Source: Spirochaetota bacterium
GTDB lineage: Bacteria > Spirochaetota > JAGLSM01 > JAKPMW01
DNA length: 64,000 bases
Assembly (NCBI GenBank): GCA_031283155.1
Contig: JAITCI010000003.1
Span: forward strand, 18,205 to 82,204
Direction of reading: 5' to 3'
Part shown: positions 30,027-38,182 of the stretch, piece by piece
Numbering within the stretch: position 1 is the stretch's first letter
Layout of the letters: each line of letters opens with the position of its first letter
The notes under the pieces: model-generated
The model's database searches: none
What the model saw: only the letters and a program-made list of their open reading frames with translations
Told to the model about the DNA's origin: nothing
Program-made: the position numbers and the translations under genes

Positions 30027-30165
30027 TGAGAATTGCGAATCATATGCAATAGAGAGGTAAATTACATTATCTGATTTTTCTCGTATATAGCGTATAACAG
30101 CGCTCAATAGAGCTGAGAATTGCGGATCGTCTGTAGCGGCGCGGCAAATTACCTTATCTGATTTT
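30027..30165. repeat. Imperfect 52-bp direct repeat, period 87
   Basis: tgagaattgcg...aaattac(a/c)ttatctgatttt at 30027 and 30114. Confidence 0.75.
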
Positions 30166-30179
30166 CCAAACTATCCCTT

Positions 30180-30770
30180 TTACGCCCGCGCCGCGAGGCG
30201 CTCCTCGACCAGCTCGCAGAGAATATGCCCGATCAGTACATGGCATTCCTGGATACGCGGCGTAACAGTGGAAGGAACGGAAATTATAATATCCGCGCGC
30301 GCCGATACGCCGCCCGCATCACCCGCTCCGATCAAAGCGATGCGCCGTATACCCAGTCTGTCCGCCTCCTCGAGCGCGAGAATGATATTGCGCGACTTCC
30401 CGGAGGTGGAGATGCCCACCAGTACGTCCCCCCTGCGTCCTTTGGCCTGCACCAGCCGCGCGTACGCGCCCTCGTAGGCGTGATCATTCGCGAAGGCCGT
30501 GATAAAGCTCGTATTCACGTGCAAGGCCTCCGCGTCGAGCGCCTGCCGCTCAAGATAAAATTTTCCGGCGAGTTCCGCCGCGAAATGCTGCGCGTCGGCG
30601 GCGCTCCCCCCGTTCCCGCAAAAGAGCGCCCTGCCACCCTCACGAAAAGCCTGGGTGAGCATATCCGCCGCCCGCGCGACGCCCGTAAGCGTTGCCTCAT
30701 CGTTCAGGAGAGCATCGGTAAGCGCTGCGGATTCCCGCATGATCGCCTGAATTTTATCCTCTGTTCGCAT
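30180..30770 (-). CDS. gmhA: D-sedoheptulose-7-phosphate isomerase
   Basis: CGNGGSAADAQH, AND, STSGKS, PRIQECH..GH. Confidence 0.96.
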   Translation of the reverse strand: MRTEDKIQAIMRESAALTDALLNDEATLTGVARAADMLTQAFREGGRALFCGNGGSAADAQHFAAELAGKFYLERQALDAEALHVNTSFITAFANDHAYEGAYARLVQAKGRRGDVLVGISTSGKSRNIILALEEADRLGIRRIALIGAGDAGGVSARADIIISVPSTVTPRIQECHVLIGHILCELVEERLAARA

Positions 30771-30786
30771 AAGTTAAGCATCCGCA

Positions 30787-31049
30787 ATATATATTTACAT
30801 AAGCTAATTTTCCGCAGCATCGCCGTTCATCGCCGCTTGATCGTTTACAGCAACTTAACCGTTTTCCGCAGCTTAATCGTTTAACTCCGCTTAATCGCTT
30901 GCTTCCATCCATTCCTCTGGCTTTGCAAAATTTATGTGCAATCATATATATTTACATAAGCTAATTTTCCGCAGCCCAGCCGTTCATTGCCGCTTGATCG
31001 TTTAACTCCACTCAGCCGTTTTCCGCCGCTTGATCGTTTAACTCCGCTT
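30787..31049. repeat. 106-bp duplication (period 157) built from degenerate 18-bp units
   Basis: 30787-30892 vs 30944-31049; unit approx. cgcttgatcgtttaactc. Confidence 0.9.
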
Positions 31050-32193
31050 CCCCGCCAAATTTGCGCGCTATCGTTTGCAACAGATCCGCTATCCCGCCCT
31101 TTTGCTCATGGGCATACGGGAACTCGTCCGAAAACAAAAACGTCTCCAGATACGGTAGCGCGATGCGGTCGCTTTCGCTGTCGCCCGCCATAAGGGAACG
31201 CGCGAGATCCAGATGCAGCGCCTCCGCCGCAAGCAAAAGCATACCGGGGCTGGGTTTGCGCCGCAGGCTCCCCCGCGAAAGCTCGGGAATCTCCCCATCC
31301 TCGTGATACGGGCAGTACCATACCCCATCAACCGCAAGTCCAATCTCCTGCATATGCGCGCACACCCGCGCGTTGACCGCTTCCGCCTCTTCCCGCGTCA
31401 CCAATCCTTTGGCTATACCCGCCTGATTGGAAACGATAACGATGGCGGCACCTTTGCGCAGGTAATCGCAGTCCGCAAGCGCCTCGAGCAGCGCATCGTT
31501 ATACACAAGGGTTTCGGGATCGTTGATGTACCCGGTATCCTCAAGCAGCACCCCGTCGCGATCCAGAAACAACGCCGGAAGCGGCGCATCCTCGCTGATT
31601 TTCGCCGGATCATGGTTCCACATCGGTATGGGAAATCCATGGAGCTTACCGACATCGAACACCTGCCTGAAATATTCCGTATCCAAATTTGCCTGCGGAA
31701 CATTCTCCAGAAAAAACGCGCGCGTCCCCGCGCAGAGCCCGCCATAGACATACCGCTCCTCCGAACAATTCTCCCGCATCATAAATTCGATTACGGAGGA
31801 ACCCCAAAACACATAGCGCGTGTCCGGCGTTTTCTCTTCGCTGTACCGCAGTGCCAGAAGCAATCCATCGGCGCACCGCGCGCACTGCTCAAAAAAACAG
31901 GAGAGTTCCATTCCAAAAGGGAAACCCGCCTGTATCATCACGCAATGCGCGGATTCGGCGTCCTCAAGCGCCGCCGCAAAGGCGTCTTTGCCGATGTACG
32001 CGCGCAGGGCGAGTTTCTGCCCGAGTTTTTCAGTTACGTCCGTATCCGCATCCCGCGCGTCAATCAGCACCGCTTCCCGGCAGCCCTGCCCTCTAAGCCA
32101 TTCGATTTGCCGCGAAAGCGCGGAGGCGCAATCCTCTTCCGCGCGTATCCTGGAATATAATTCGTCAAGCAAAATATAGACTGTTGTATCCAT
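31012..32193 (-). CDS. gmhB: Heptose-1,7-bisphosphate phosphatase fused to a degenerate N-terminal nucleotidyltransferase-like domain
   Basis: ALFLDRDGVL, VSNQAGIAKG, CPYH, RKPSPGM, MAGDSESD in the C-terminal half. Confidence 0.85.
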   Translation of the reverse strand: MDTTVYILLDELYSRIRAEEDCASALSRQIEWLRGQGCREAVLIDARDADTDVTEKLGQKLALRAYIGKDAFAAALEDAESAHCVMIQAGFPFGMELSCFFEQCARCADGLLLALRYSEEKTPDTRYVFWGSSVIEFMMRENCSEERYVYGGLCAGTRAFFLENVPQANLDTEYFRQVFDVGKLHGFPIPMWNHDPAKISEDAPLPALFLDRDGVLLEDTGYINDPETLVYNDALLEALADCDYLRKGAAIVIVSNQAGIAKGLVTREEAEAVNARVCAHMQEIGLAVDGVWYCPYHEDGEIPELSRGSLRRKPSPGMLLLAAEALHLDLARSLMAGDSESDRIALPYLETFLFSDEFPYAHEQKGGIADLLQTIARKFGGEAELNDQAAENG

Positions 32194-32410
32194 ATTTCTC
32201 CTTTCGGAATGGACGCCTGGCTGGACGTCTTTCTGTACACATTGATCGATTCCCAGAGTACTGCCGACTTACGGGCGCAATCTATATGAAATATAGCTCT
32301 TTCAGGGAATCTTTTTCAAAAGTATCAGGGATATATCCTGGGCATAAAATGAATTTCGTTTTTTGCTGCGCTGAATAAAGAGCGTTATTTGCCAAAAGAG
32401 AATCGCACTT

Positions 32411-33256
32411 TCAGCAGGACGAAATAATCGCAAAGATGATGACCACTGCTATGACCCCTAACAACAAGACCAGATCCCAGCCCCCTGCATCTTTTATATC
32501 CCAATCCAATCCTGGTTCTCTTACATCCCAGCTATACCCGCAGCTATTACACACAGCGTACTTGTGGTTCCTGACCGTTTCTTTTCTTTTCCGTACCAAC
32601 ATCCAGAGCAGCCACAGACCGCCCGTGAGCAGAATCCAAAACAGATTCCAAAGGCAAGAACGATGTTGCGACTGGACAAATGTATTGACGCCCACGTTCA
32701 CCCTGTCGCTGTTACACTTTGGACATTTCATACCATACATCTGCTGAGTAATTCCTCGCGATTCCGAAAGCCGGTGTGCCGGAGGCATACCGCCAAGCAT
32801 GGATCCGCAGTGTTTGCACTTAATAGCTCCATCAGCTATTTCTTCTTTGCAAAATGGACAAAACATCTGCTGAGTAATTCCGCGTGACTCCGGAAGCCGG
32901 TATACCGGAAGCATCTCGTTCTGCTGAATAATTTTGTGCGATTCCGGAAGCATATAAGCCTGTGGAATCTCGTCAAGCATAACCCCGCAGCGTTTACACA
33001 GAATAGCTCCATCGTCGATTTCTTCGTTGCAAAATGGACAAAACTTCTGCTGCGTAACTTCGCGCGATTCCGAAAGATTGTTCTTTCCCCTCTGGATTTT
33101 TGCGGTTTCCGTTTTGTCCCCCACAAAATTGTTCTGAATGAGTTGCCGCAGTTCCTTTTCGTCATTCTCAAACTGGTTTGCGGGAGATATGCAAGCCTGC
33201 GGCATCTCGCCAAGCATGGATCCACAGTGTTTACACTTAATAGCTCCATCAGCTAT
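32411..33256 (-). pseudogene. Zinc-ribbon repeat membrane protein, apparently 5'-truncated
   Basis: Repeats CPFC.EEI.DGAI.CK.CG (two complete, one half), CPKC..CNSC ribbon around a TM segment, C-terminal TM; repeat homology stops abruptly at 33256; ORF remains open to 33322. Confidence 0.65.
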
Positions 33257-33403
33257 CAAGAAAAATTGGAAAAAGAATATCCTGGCAGAAATGGAAACCG
33301 TGATCCAAAAGCATATAGACAAAGAAAATTAAGGATGTCGCTTTTACGAGAGCCGAGGCGGGTGAAATCCTTCCCGCCCGAAGCTCCAGAAGGAGAATAT
33401 GCT

Positions 33404-34414
33404 TTACAATTTTTTAATCAGCAACCTGTTATATATTTTTTTCCCGCCGATTATTGTACAGCATTTATAACCAATCCATCGCGCGGAATTCGCAATTCCC
33501 AAAATTTCAAATTGTTCCGGATTATATTTATCTGCAAATGTAATGGGAACGCCCATGACCCCATCGTAATCTACAGGTATATCTTTGTAAGTGGATACTT
33601 CGATCACATCACAATTATCATATTTTGGATATTCTCCGGGATTATATTTTTTATACAATACCAGCTTTTCGTGCCTTTTGGCATGATCCAGATTTGTGAA
33701 CCACATAATACTGCCTTTACTGAAATACCGGATACCATTTTCAACTTTTTTTCTTGATTCCGTTTGTATTTCATAATGCGGAGGAACCTGAAACCACTTT
33801 GTACCGCCGTTATCGACTCCCGGCCAGATTTTATTTTCTTTAATGAGCAAAAAAGTTTCTTTATATGAAAGCGCGTTTACGTCGCCAATTATAATAAACT
33901 TCTTTTTATGCTCAATGAGCTGCGCGACATATTCCCGGAATAATGAAAATGGCGGGTTTGTCACCACAATATCAGATCGCTGCAACAGCTCTATACATTC
34001 CGGCGAACGAAAATCGCCGCTCATGGATCGCGTGGGCTCGTTCGTGAATAAAACGCCCTGTTCACCCTGCTCAAAATTCTGCTTCAGCGGCTTTTTCCTG
34101 CTTTTGATAATCGCCTTCTGCACTACTGCCTGCTTATCACCCCGCGCGTCGATACCGCCTTCGTATTCCAGCATATAGCTGGGCTTGTCCAGCTCAAAAT
34201 GGGTGGTGATGAGCTTTTTCAAACCAAGCCGCTCAAAGTTGACGATAAAATAATACCAGAAATTGGAAGTTTCGGGATCGTCGCAGTTACAAAATACCAC
34301 CTTGCCCTTAAAATGCTTTGTATAATGCCCAAGTTCCTTTTCAATATCAGAAAGCTGCGTGTAAAATTCGTCGACTTTTTGCCGCCTTGCGTTGGATAAA
34401 CTCATATTTGCCAT
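33404..34414 (-). CDS. Adenine-specific DNA methyltransferase, EcoRI family (orphan)
   Basis: DEFYTQ, VFCNCDDP, GDFRS.EC, VVTNPPFSLFREY, YPKYDN, GVMGVPIT. Confidence 0.93.
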   Translation of the reverse strand: MANMSLSNARRQKVDEFYTQLSDIEKELGHYTKHFKGKVVFCNCDDPETSNFWYYFIVNFERLGLKKLITTHFELDKPSYMLEYEGGIDARGDKQAVVQKAIIKSRKKPLKQNFEQGEQGVLFTNEPTRSMSGDFRSPECIELLQRSDIVVTNPPFSLFREYVAQLIEHKKKFIIIGDVNALSYKETFLLIKENKIWPGVDNGGTKWFQVPPHYEIQTESRKKVENGIRYFSKGSIMWFTNLDHAKRHEKLVLYKKYNPGEYPKYDNCDVIEVSTYKDIPVDYDGVMGVPITFADKYNPEQFEILGIANSARWIGYKCCTIIGGKKIYNRLLIKKL

Positions 34415-34512
34415 GATATACGTGCTTCTCCCTGTACATTGCGCTCGCCGCTATTGGTGGAGTATAGCATCCTACTCCGGCGGCGAGTACCCCCAAAAAA
34501 GAAGTGCTCAGC

Positions 34513-34551
34513 CCGTATTCCCCGCCCGCTCATTTTTCCCTATCTTTCGGG
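34513..34551 (+). promoter_or_regulatory. Putative sigma70 promoter, copy 2 of the 39-bp duplication
   Basis: ccgtaTTCCCCgcccgctcatttttcccTATCTTtcggg; 37/39 to the reverse complement of 8020-8058. Confidence 0.6.
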
Positions 34552-34581
34552 TGCCAAGGGCAAACCATTTCCGGAGGAGTT

Positions 34582-35094
34582 ATGGCAAGGATCGTACTCA
34601 TTATTGCGCAGGAAGGTTTTCGGGATGAGGAGTACGCCGTCCCCAGGCGCATTCTGGCCGATGCGGGGCATGAGGTACGCACTGCGTCGCGCGCGCGGGG
34701 GGTAGCAATGGGCAAGCTCGGTATGCGCACCGAGGCGGAATTTGCGCTGGACGAACTCAAGGCGGCGGATTTTGGCGCGATTATATGCGTGGGCGGACCC
34801 GGTTCCACGCAGTTTTGGGACGACGCGCCGCTGCATACGCTGCTTTGCGAAGGCCTGGCGCAGGGGAAGATCATTGGCGGTATTTGCAGCGCGGCGGTCA
34901 CGCTTGCGCGCGCGGGCGTACTCCAGGGCAAACGCGCGACGGTTTTTCCGGGCGACGCGGACGAATTCAAACCGTATGTCGGGCAGTACACCGCCGGAAC
35001 CTGCGAACGCGATGGTCTGTGTGTTACCGCAAACGGTCCTGCCGCTGCGGAGGAATTCGGCAACACGATTCGGGATGCGTTACAGCGTACATAG
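34582..35094 (+). CDS. DJ-1/PfpI family protein
   Basis: GFRDEE, VGGPG, nucleophile GICSA, TANGP; RBS GGAGG. Confidence 0.93.
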   Translation: MARIVLIIAQEGFRDEEYAVPRRILADAGHEVRTASRARGVAMGKLGMRTEAEFALDELKAADFGAIICVGGPGSTQFWDDAPLHTLLCEGLAQGKIIGGICSAAVTLARAGVLQGKRATVFPGDADEFKPYVGQYTAGTCERDGLCVTANGPAAAEEFGNTIRDALQRT

Positions 35095-35245
35095 CCGCCG
35101 GTAAGCAGTGGAACTTCGTCTTCCTCCCAGGTAAAGCGCCTGTCTGGGGAGGGATCGGAATACAGCCTTCCGCGCAAAAAATTTTACGGCTGAACGCACA
35201 TTCTCATGTTTCAAATGCCCCCTCGCCAAAATCGCCATTACCCAT

Positions 35246-35341
35246 TTATGCCCTGTGGGTACAGGGCATAAGCCGTTCCCGAAGCACGTACTCCTACTTC
35301 GGAAGCGCTCGGGACACAACTTCCTGTTGTAGGAGGTGCTT
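35246..35341. repeat. Cluster of intergenic hairpins including the ACAAC-TTCCT-GTTGT family copy
   Basis: 11-bp perfect stem 35246-35271; aagcac..ctcctac / gtaggag-gtgctt; 35307-35332 matches 6485-6510. Confidence 0.8.
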
Positions 35342-35422
35342 CCCGTCCGGGGAAGCAGGCGCAGCCCCCTCGCGCTGACCTTCCGCGAATAAAAACACAA
35401 CGCTCTGCGTCCATGTACTTGA

Positions 35423-38182
35423 CTACTCGTCCTTAACCAGAATGAATTCCACCCGCCGGTTGCGGGCGCGGCCTTCCTCCGTGGCATTGGACGCGACCGG
35501 CACAGATAAGCCAAGACCCTTTGCGATCATCCGCTTGTCCTCAATACCGCGCCGCAGAAGATAGCGGAGTACGGTACGCGCGCGTCTCGTGGAAAGCATC
35601 AGGTTGTATTCCTCGCCGCCGATGCTGTCGCTGTGGCCTTCGATGATGATTTTGTAGTCGCCGTAGCGCTTCAAAACTTCGGCGACGCGGTTTAATACAG
35701 GGCTCTCTTCCCGTTCAAGCTCCCATTGGTTATACGCAAATTCGATGTTCGTCAGCAGGATCTTTAACCCTCGCGGCGTACGGATGACCAGGATATCTAT
35801 ATCGACGGACACGATGTTCGATGTACCCGCATTGCCGATGATATCTCCTGCCTTCGCCTCAAGGGTATACGTAGCGGCGCTTTCGACCAATTCCCCGGAG
35901 TCGCCCTTGCCGTCCCATTGAATGGAAATGGTTTTTGTTTTTGGACTTTCGCCGGAGAATGATTTGAAGATCTGACCGCTGTTTTTGATATCGATCCGCC
36001 AGTTGGAAATGACTTCGGCTTCCGCAAAATCGAGACTGATCCGAAGCCGCTTATTGTCCCCGCTGTCGTCCGGCGCGTAGAGCCTGGGCTGGGCGTCGAG
36101 CTTCAGGAGAGGTGCCTGGGTTAATATCCGGATTGGCTGCGTTTTGGTGCGCGGCGAATCACCATCCATGTATTCCGCCTGAAGGGTGTAATTGTATATC
36201 CCGTCGGGAAGGATGGCACCCTCCGCATTGCGGCCATCCCAGGCGATCTCGCGCGGCGGAGCGCTCTTGCTCTCAAAGCTCCTCTGTACCGAGCCTTCGC
36301 GGTCGGTAACTGTCAGCTTCCAGTTCTCGAGGAGATCGCGCGTTTCGAGTTCCGGACTGAAACGAACGCTGCCAAAGCCCGAATCGCTGCCGGGCGCAAA
36401 GATCTCCGCAGAGGCGCTCACCTTGATCGCGCGTACGCGCGTGGAAAGGACAATGCCGCCGGATTTGCGGGAAACGCTGTTGCCTGCGGGCTCTCTCCCC
36501 TCCAGCCTGTATTCGTAATTGCCGTCTGCGGCTGTCCTGCCGTTATCATCCTTGCCGTCCCAGGTGAACCGCGAAGGCGCGTTCTCTCCCCAGGAGAAGG
36601 TGCGCACGACTTTGCCGTTCGTGTCGGTTATATATCCCGTCCAGCGCGTATCCCGCCCGGTGAGCGTCTGCTCAATCGTAAGGAGATCCCTGCCTTTGCC
36701 CCTGTTCGGCGAGAAGAGCGAGAGCTTGATATCAACCTCCGCTTGGGGCTGCGCCGTTCTGATTTCAACGGGTTTGATTTGCGAAACCCCCTCGTTGCCG
36801 CGCGCGTCCTGTACCTTGAGCTGGTACAGATATGTGCCGTCACCGAGAATTTTACCTGCGTCGTCGCGCCCGTCCCACTCCCAGGATGACGGCACCGAGA
36901 CGTTCCTCCGCGATGAAAAGAGGATGGTAAAGAATTTTCCCGGGGTAAGGCGCTGCCCTGTTTCGTCTTTGTTGCCGATCTGGCGCACCACGCGGTTATT
37001 GGCGTCCCTGATGGTGACTTGCCAGCCCGCGATCTCCTGTTTGGCGTCCGCAAGCAAATCAAAGGTGGTGGTATCCTGTATGCCGTCATCGTTCGGCGAG
37101 AAATACCGGTAACGGCTCTTGATATCCGGCGCGGGCGGCACATAGTCGCGCGAACCGAATATGAGGTTCATGGTCAGAAAGTGTCCAACCTCGCGGGTTC
37201 CGTTATAAGAAAACGGAACCATCGCCCAGGAAAGATCAAAGCCGAAAGCGGGAAAGACGCTGCGCAGATCCAGTCCGAGACCCAGCGAGAAAGGACCGAG
37301 ACCGCTGTTCCCGAGCATGAGACCGAGATGCAGGCGCGCGATACCGAATGCGCTGCCGCTGATACCTCCGGAATAGCGCACCGAGGCGTCGTCAAAGGAA
37401 AACCCGAGCGCGTGATTTGTCTCGAGCCTGAATATCTTGTCCTTGAAAAAAGTAAATTCAAAACCGGCCAGCGCCTGCGGATCGGGATATTGCTTCCAGT
37501 TTTCCCAGGTGATATTCAGTCCGATGTTGTTGAGTGAAAACGAAAAAATCCGGTCAAAAAATCCGAAGCCCTCCTCGCGCTGCGAAGCCGCGATCTCCTG
37601 TACGGTTCCGTTTTGAAGAATGATAAAACCAAGATCGATCCCGGTACCCAGATGCGCTTTGGCTTCTCCCGAAGAATCGGGATGGCTGTTCGCGAAAAAC
37701 AGACCCGCTCCTAATCCGAAGTGAAAATTGGGCGTGATGAGCTTCGATAGATTTCCTCTGGCCGCAACGCCCGCGCCTGCGTTCCGGTTGGTGACGGTGC
37801 CGGTATTTCTGACAAGCAGATTAAACGTCAGTACGCCGAAGTCTTCCGGGAGGGAGAGGCCAATATCCGCCAGGGAATCGGGCGTCCCGAGCGCCCCGTA
37901 TCCCAGCCCGATCAGCAGATTCTCGGAGAGGGCAAGCGCGGCGGGGTTGCGGATAACGTCAAATACGCTTCCGCGTCCCGAACCGCCCTCTCCGCCCAGC
38001 GCGAGATTTGCCGCGCCGCTGCCGGTGTAGAACCACTGGGAGCCGGGCAGTCTGGGATCTGCCGCATCCGCCATACAGGGCAGGGAGAGCGCGATGACTG
38101 CGAAAGTGAGTATGCGCAAGCGAAAAAGCAATTTCCCACGGAGGAAATTTTCGGTTCTGCGCGGGATTGTATCCGAAATCAA
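35423..38182 (-). CDS. Outer-membrane protein: N-terminal beta-barrel, four FlgD-Ig-like domains, C-terminal OmpA peptidoglycan-binding domain
   Basis: Signal peptide; NPAAL barrel motif; four F(S/A)P..WDG.D..G..DG.Y.Y repeats; IEGHSD..YN..LS.RRA..NRRVEF; start uncertain. Confidence 0.9.
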   Translation of the reverse strand: MISDTIPRRTENFLRGKLLFRLRILTFAVIALSLPCMADAADPRLPGSQWFYTGSGAANLALGGEGGSGRGSVFDVIRNPAALALSENLLIGLGYGALGTPDSLADIGLSLPEDFGVLTFNLLVRNTGTVTNRNAGAGVAARGNLSKLITPNFHFGLGAGLFFANSHPDSSGEAKAHLGTGIDLGFIILQNGTVQEIAASQREEGFGFFDRIFSFSLNNIGLNITWENWKQYPDPQALAGFEFTFFKDKIFRLETNHALGFSFDDASVRYSGGISGSAFGIARLHLGLMLGNSGLGPFSLGLGLDLRSVFPAFGFDLSWAMVPFSYNGTREVGHFLTMNLIFGSRDYVPPAPDIKSRYRYFSPNDDGIQDTTTFDLLADAKQEIAGWQVTIRDANNRVVRQIGNKDETGQRLTPGKFFTILFSSRRNVSVPSSWEWDGRDDAGKILGDGTYLYQLKVQDARGNEGVSQIKPVEIRTAQPQAEVDIKLSLFSPNRGKGRDLLTIEQTLTGRDTRWTGYITDTNGKVVRTFSWGENAPSRFTWDGKDDNGRTAADGNYEYRLEGREPAGNSVSRKSGGIVLSTRVRAIKVSASAEIFAPGSDSGFGSVRFSPELETRDLLENWKLTVTDREGSVQRSFESKSAPPREIAWDGRNAEGAILPDGIYNYTLQAEYMDGDSPRTKTQPIRILTQAPLLKLDAQPRLYAPDDSGDNKRLRISLDFAEAEVISNWRIDIKNSGQIFKSFSGESPKTKTISIQWDGKGDSGELVESAATYTLEAKAGDIIGNAGTSNIVSVDIDILVIRTPRGLKILLTNIEFAYNQWELEREESPVLNRVAEVLKRYGDYKIIIEGHSDSIGGEEYNLMLSTRRARTVLRYLLRRGIEDKRMIAKGLGLSVPVASNATEEGRARNRRVEFILVKDE

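Noticed and set aside
30787-31049. Repeats as a CRISPR array
   Set aside because: Contiguous degenerate 18-bp units with no unique spacers; no cas genes.
32740-33256. Near-identical zinc-ribbon repeats as DGR template/variable regions
   Set aside because: No reverse transcriptase; the differences in the best-matching pair are synonymous third-position changes within one ORF.
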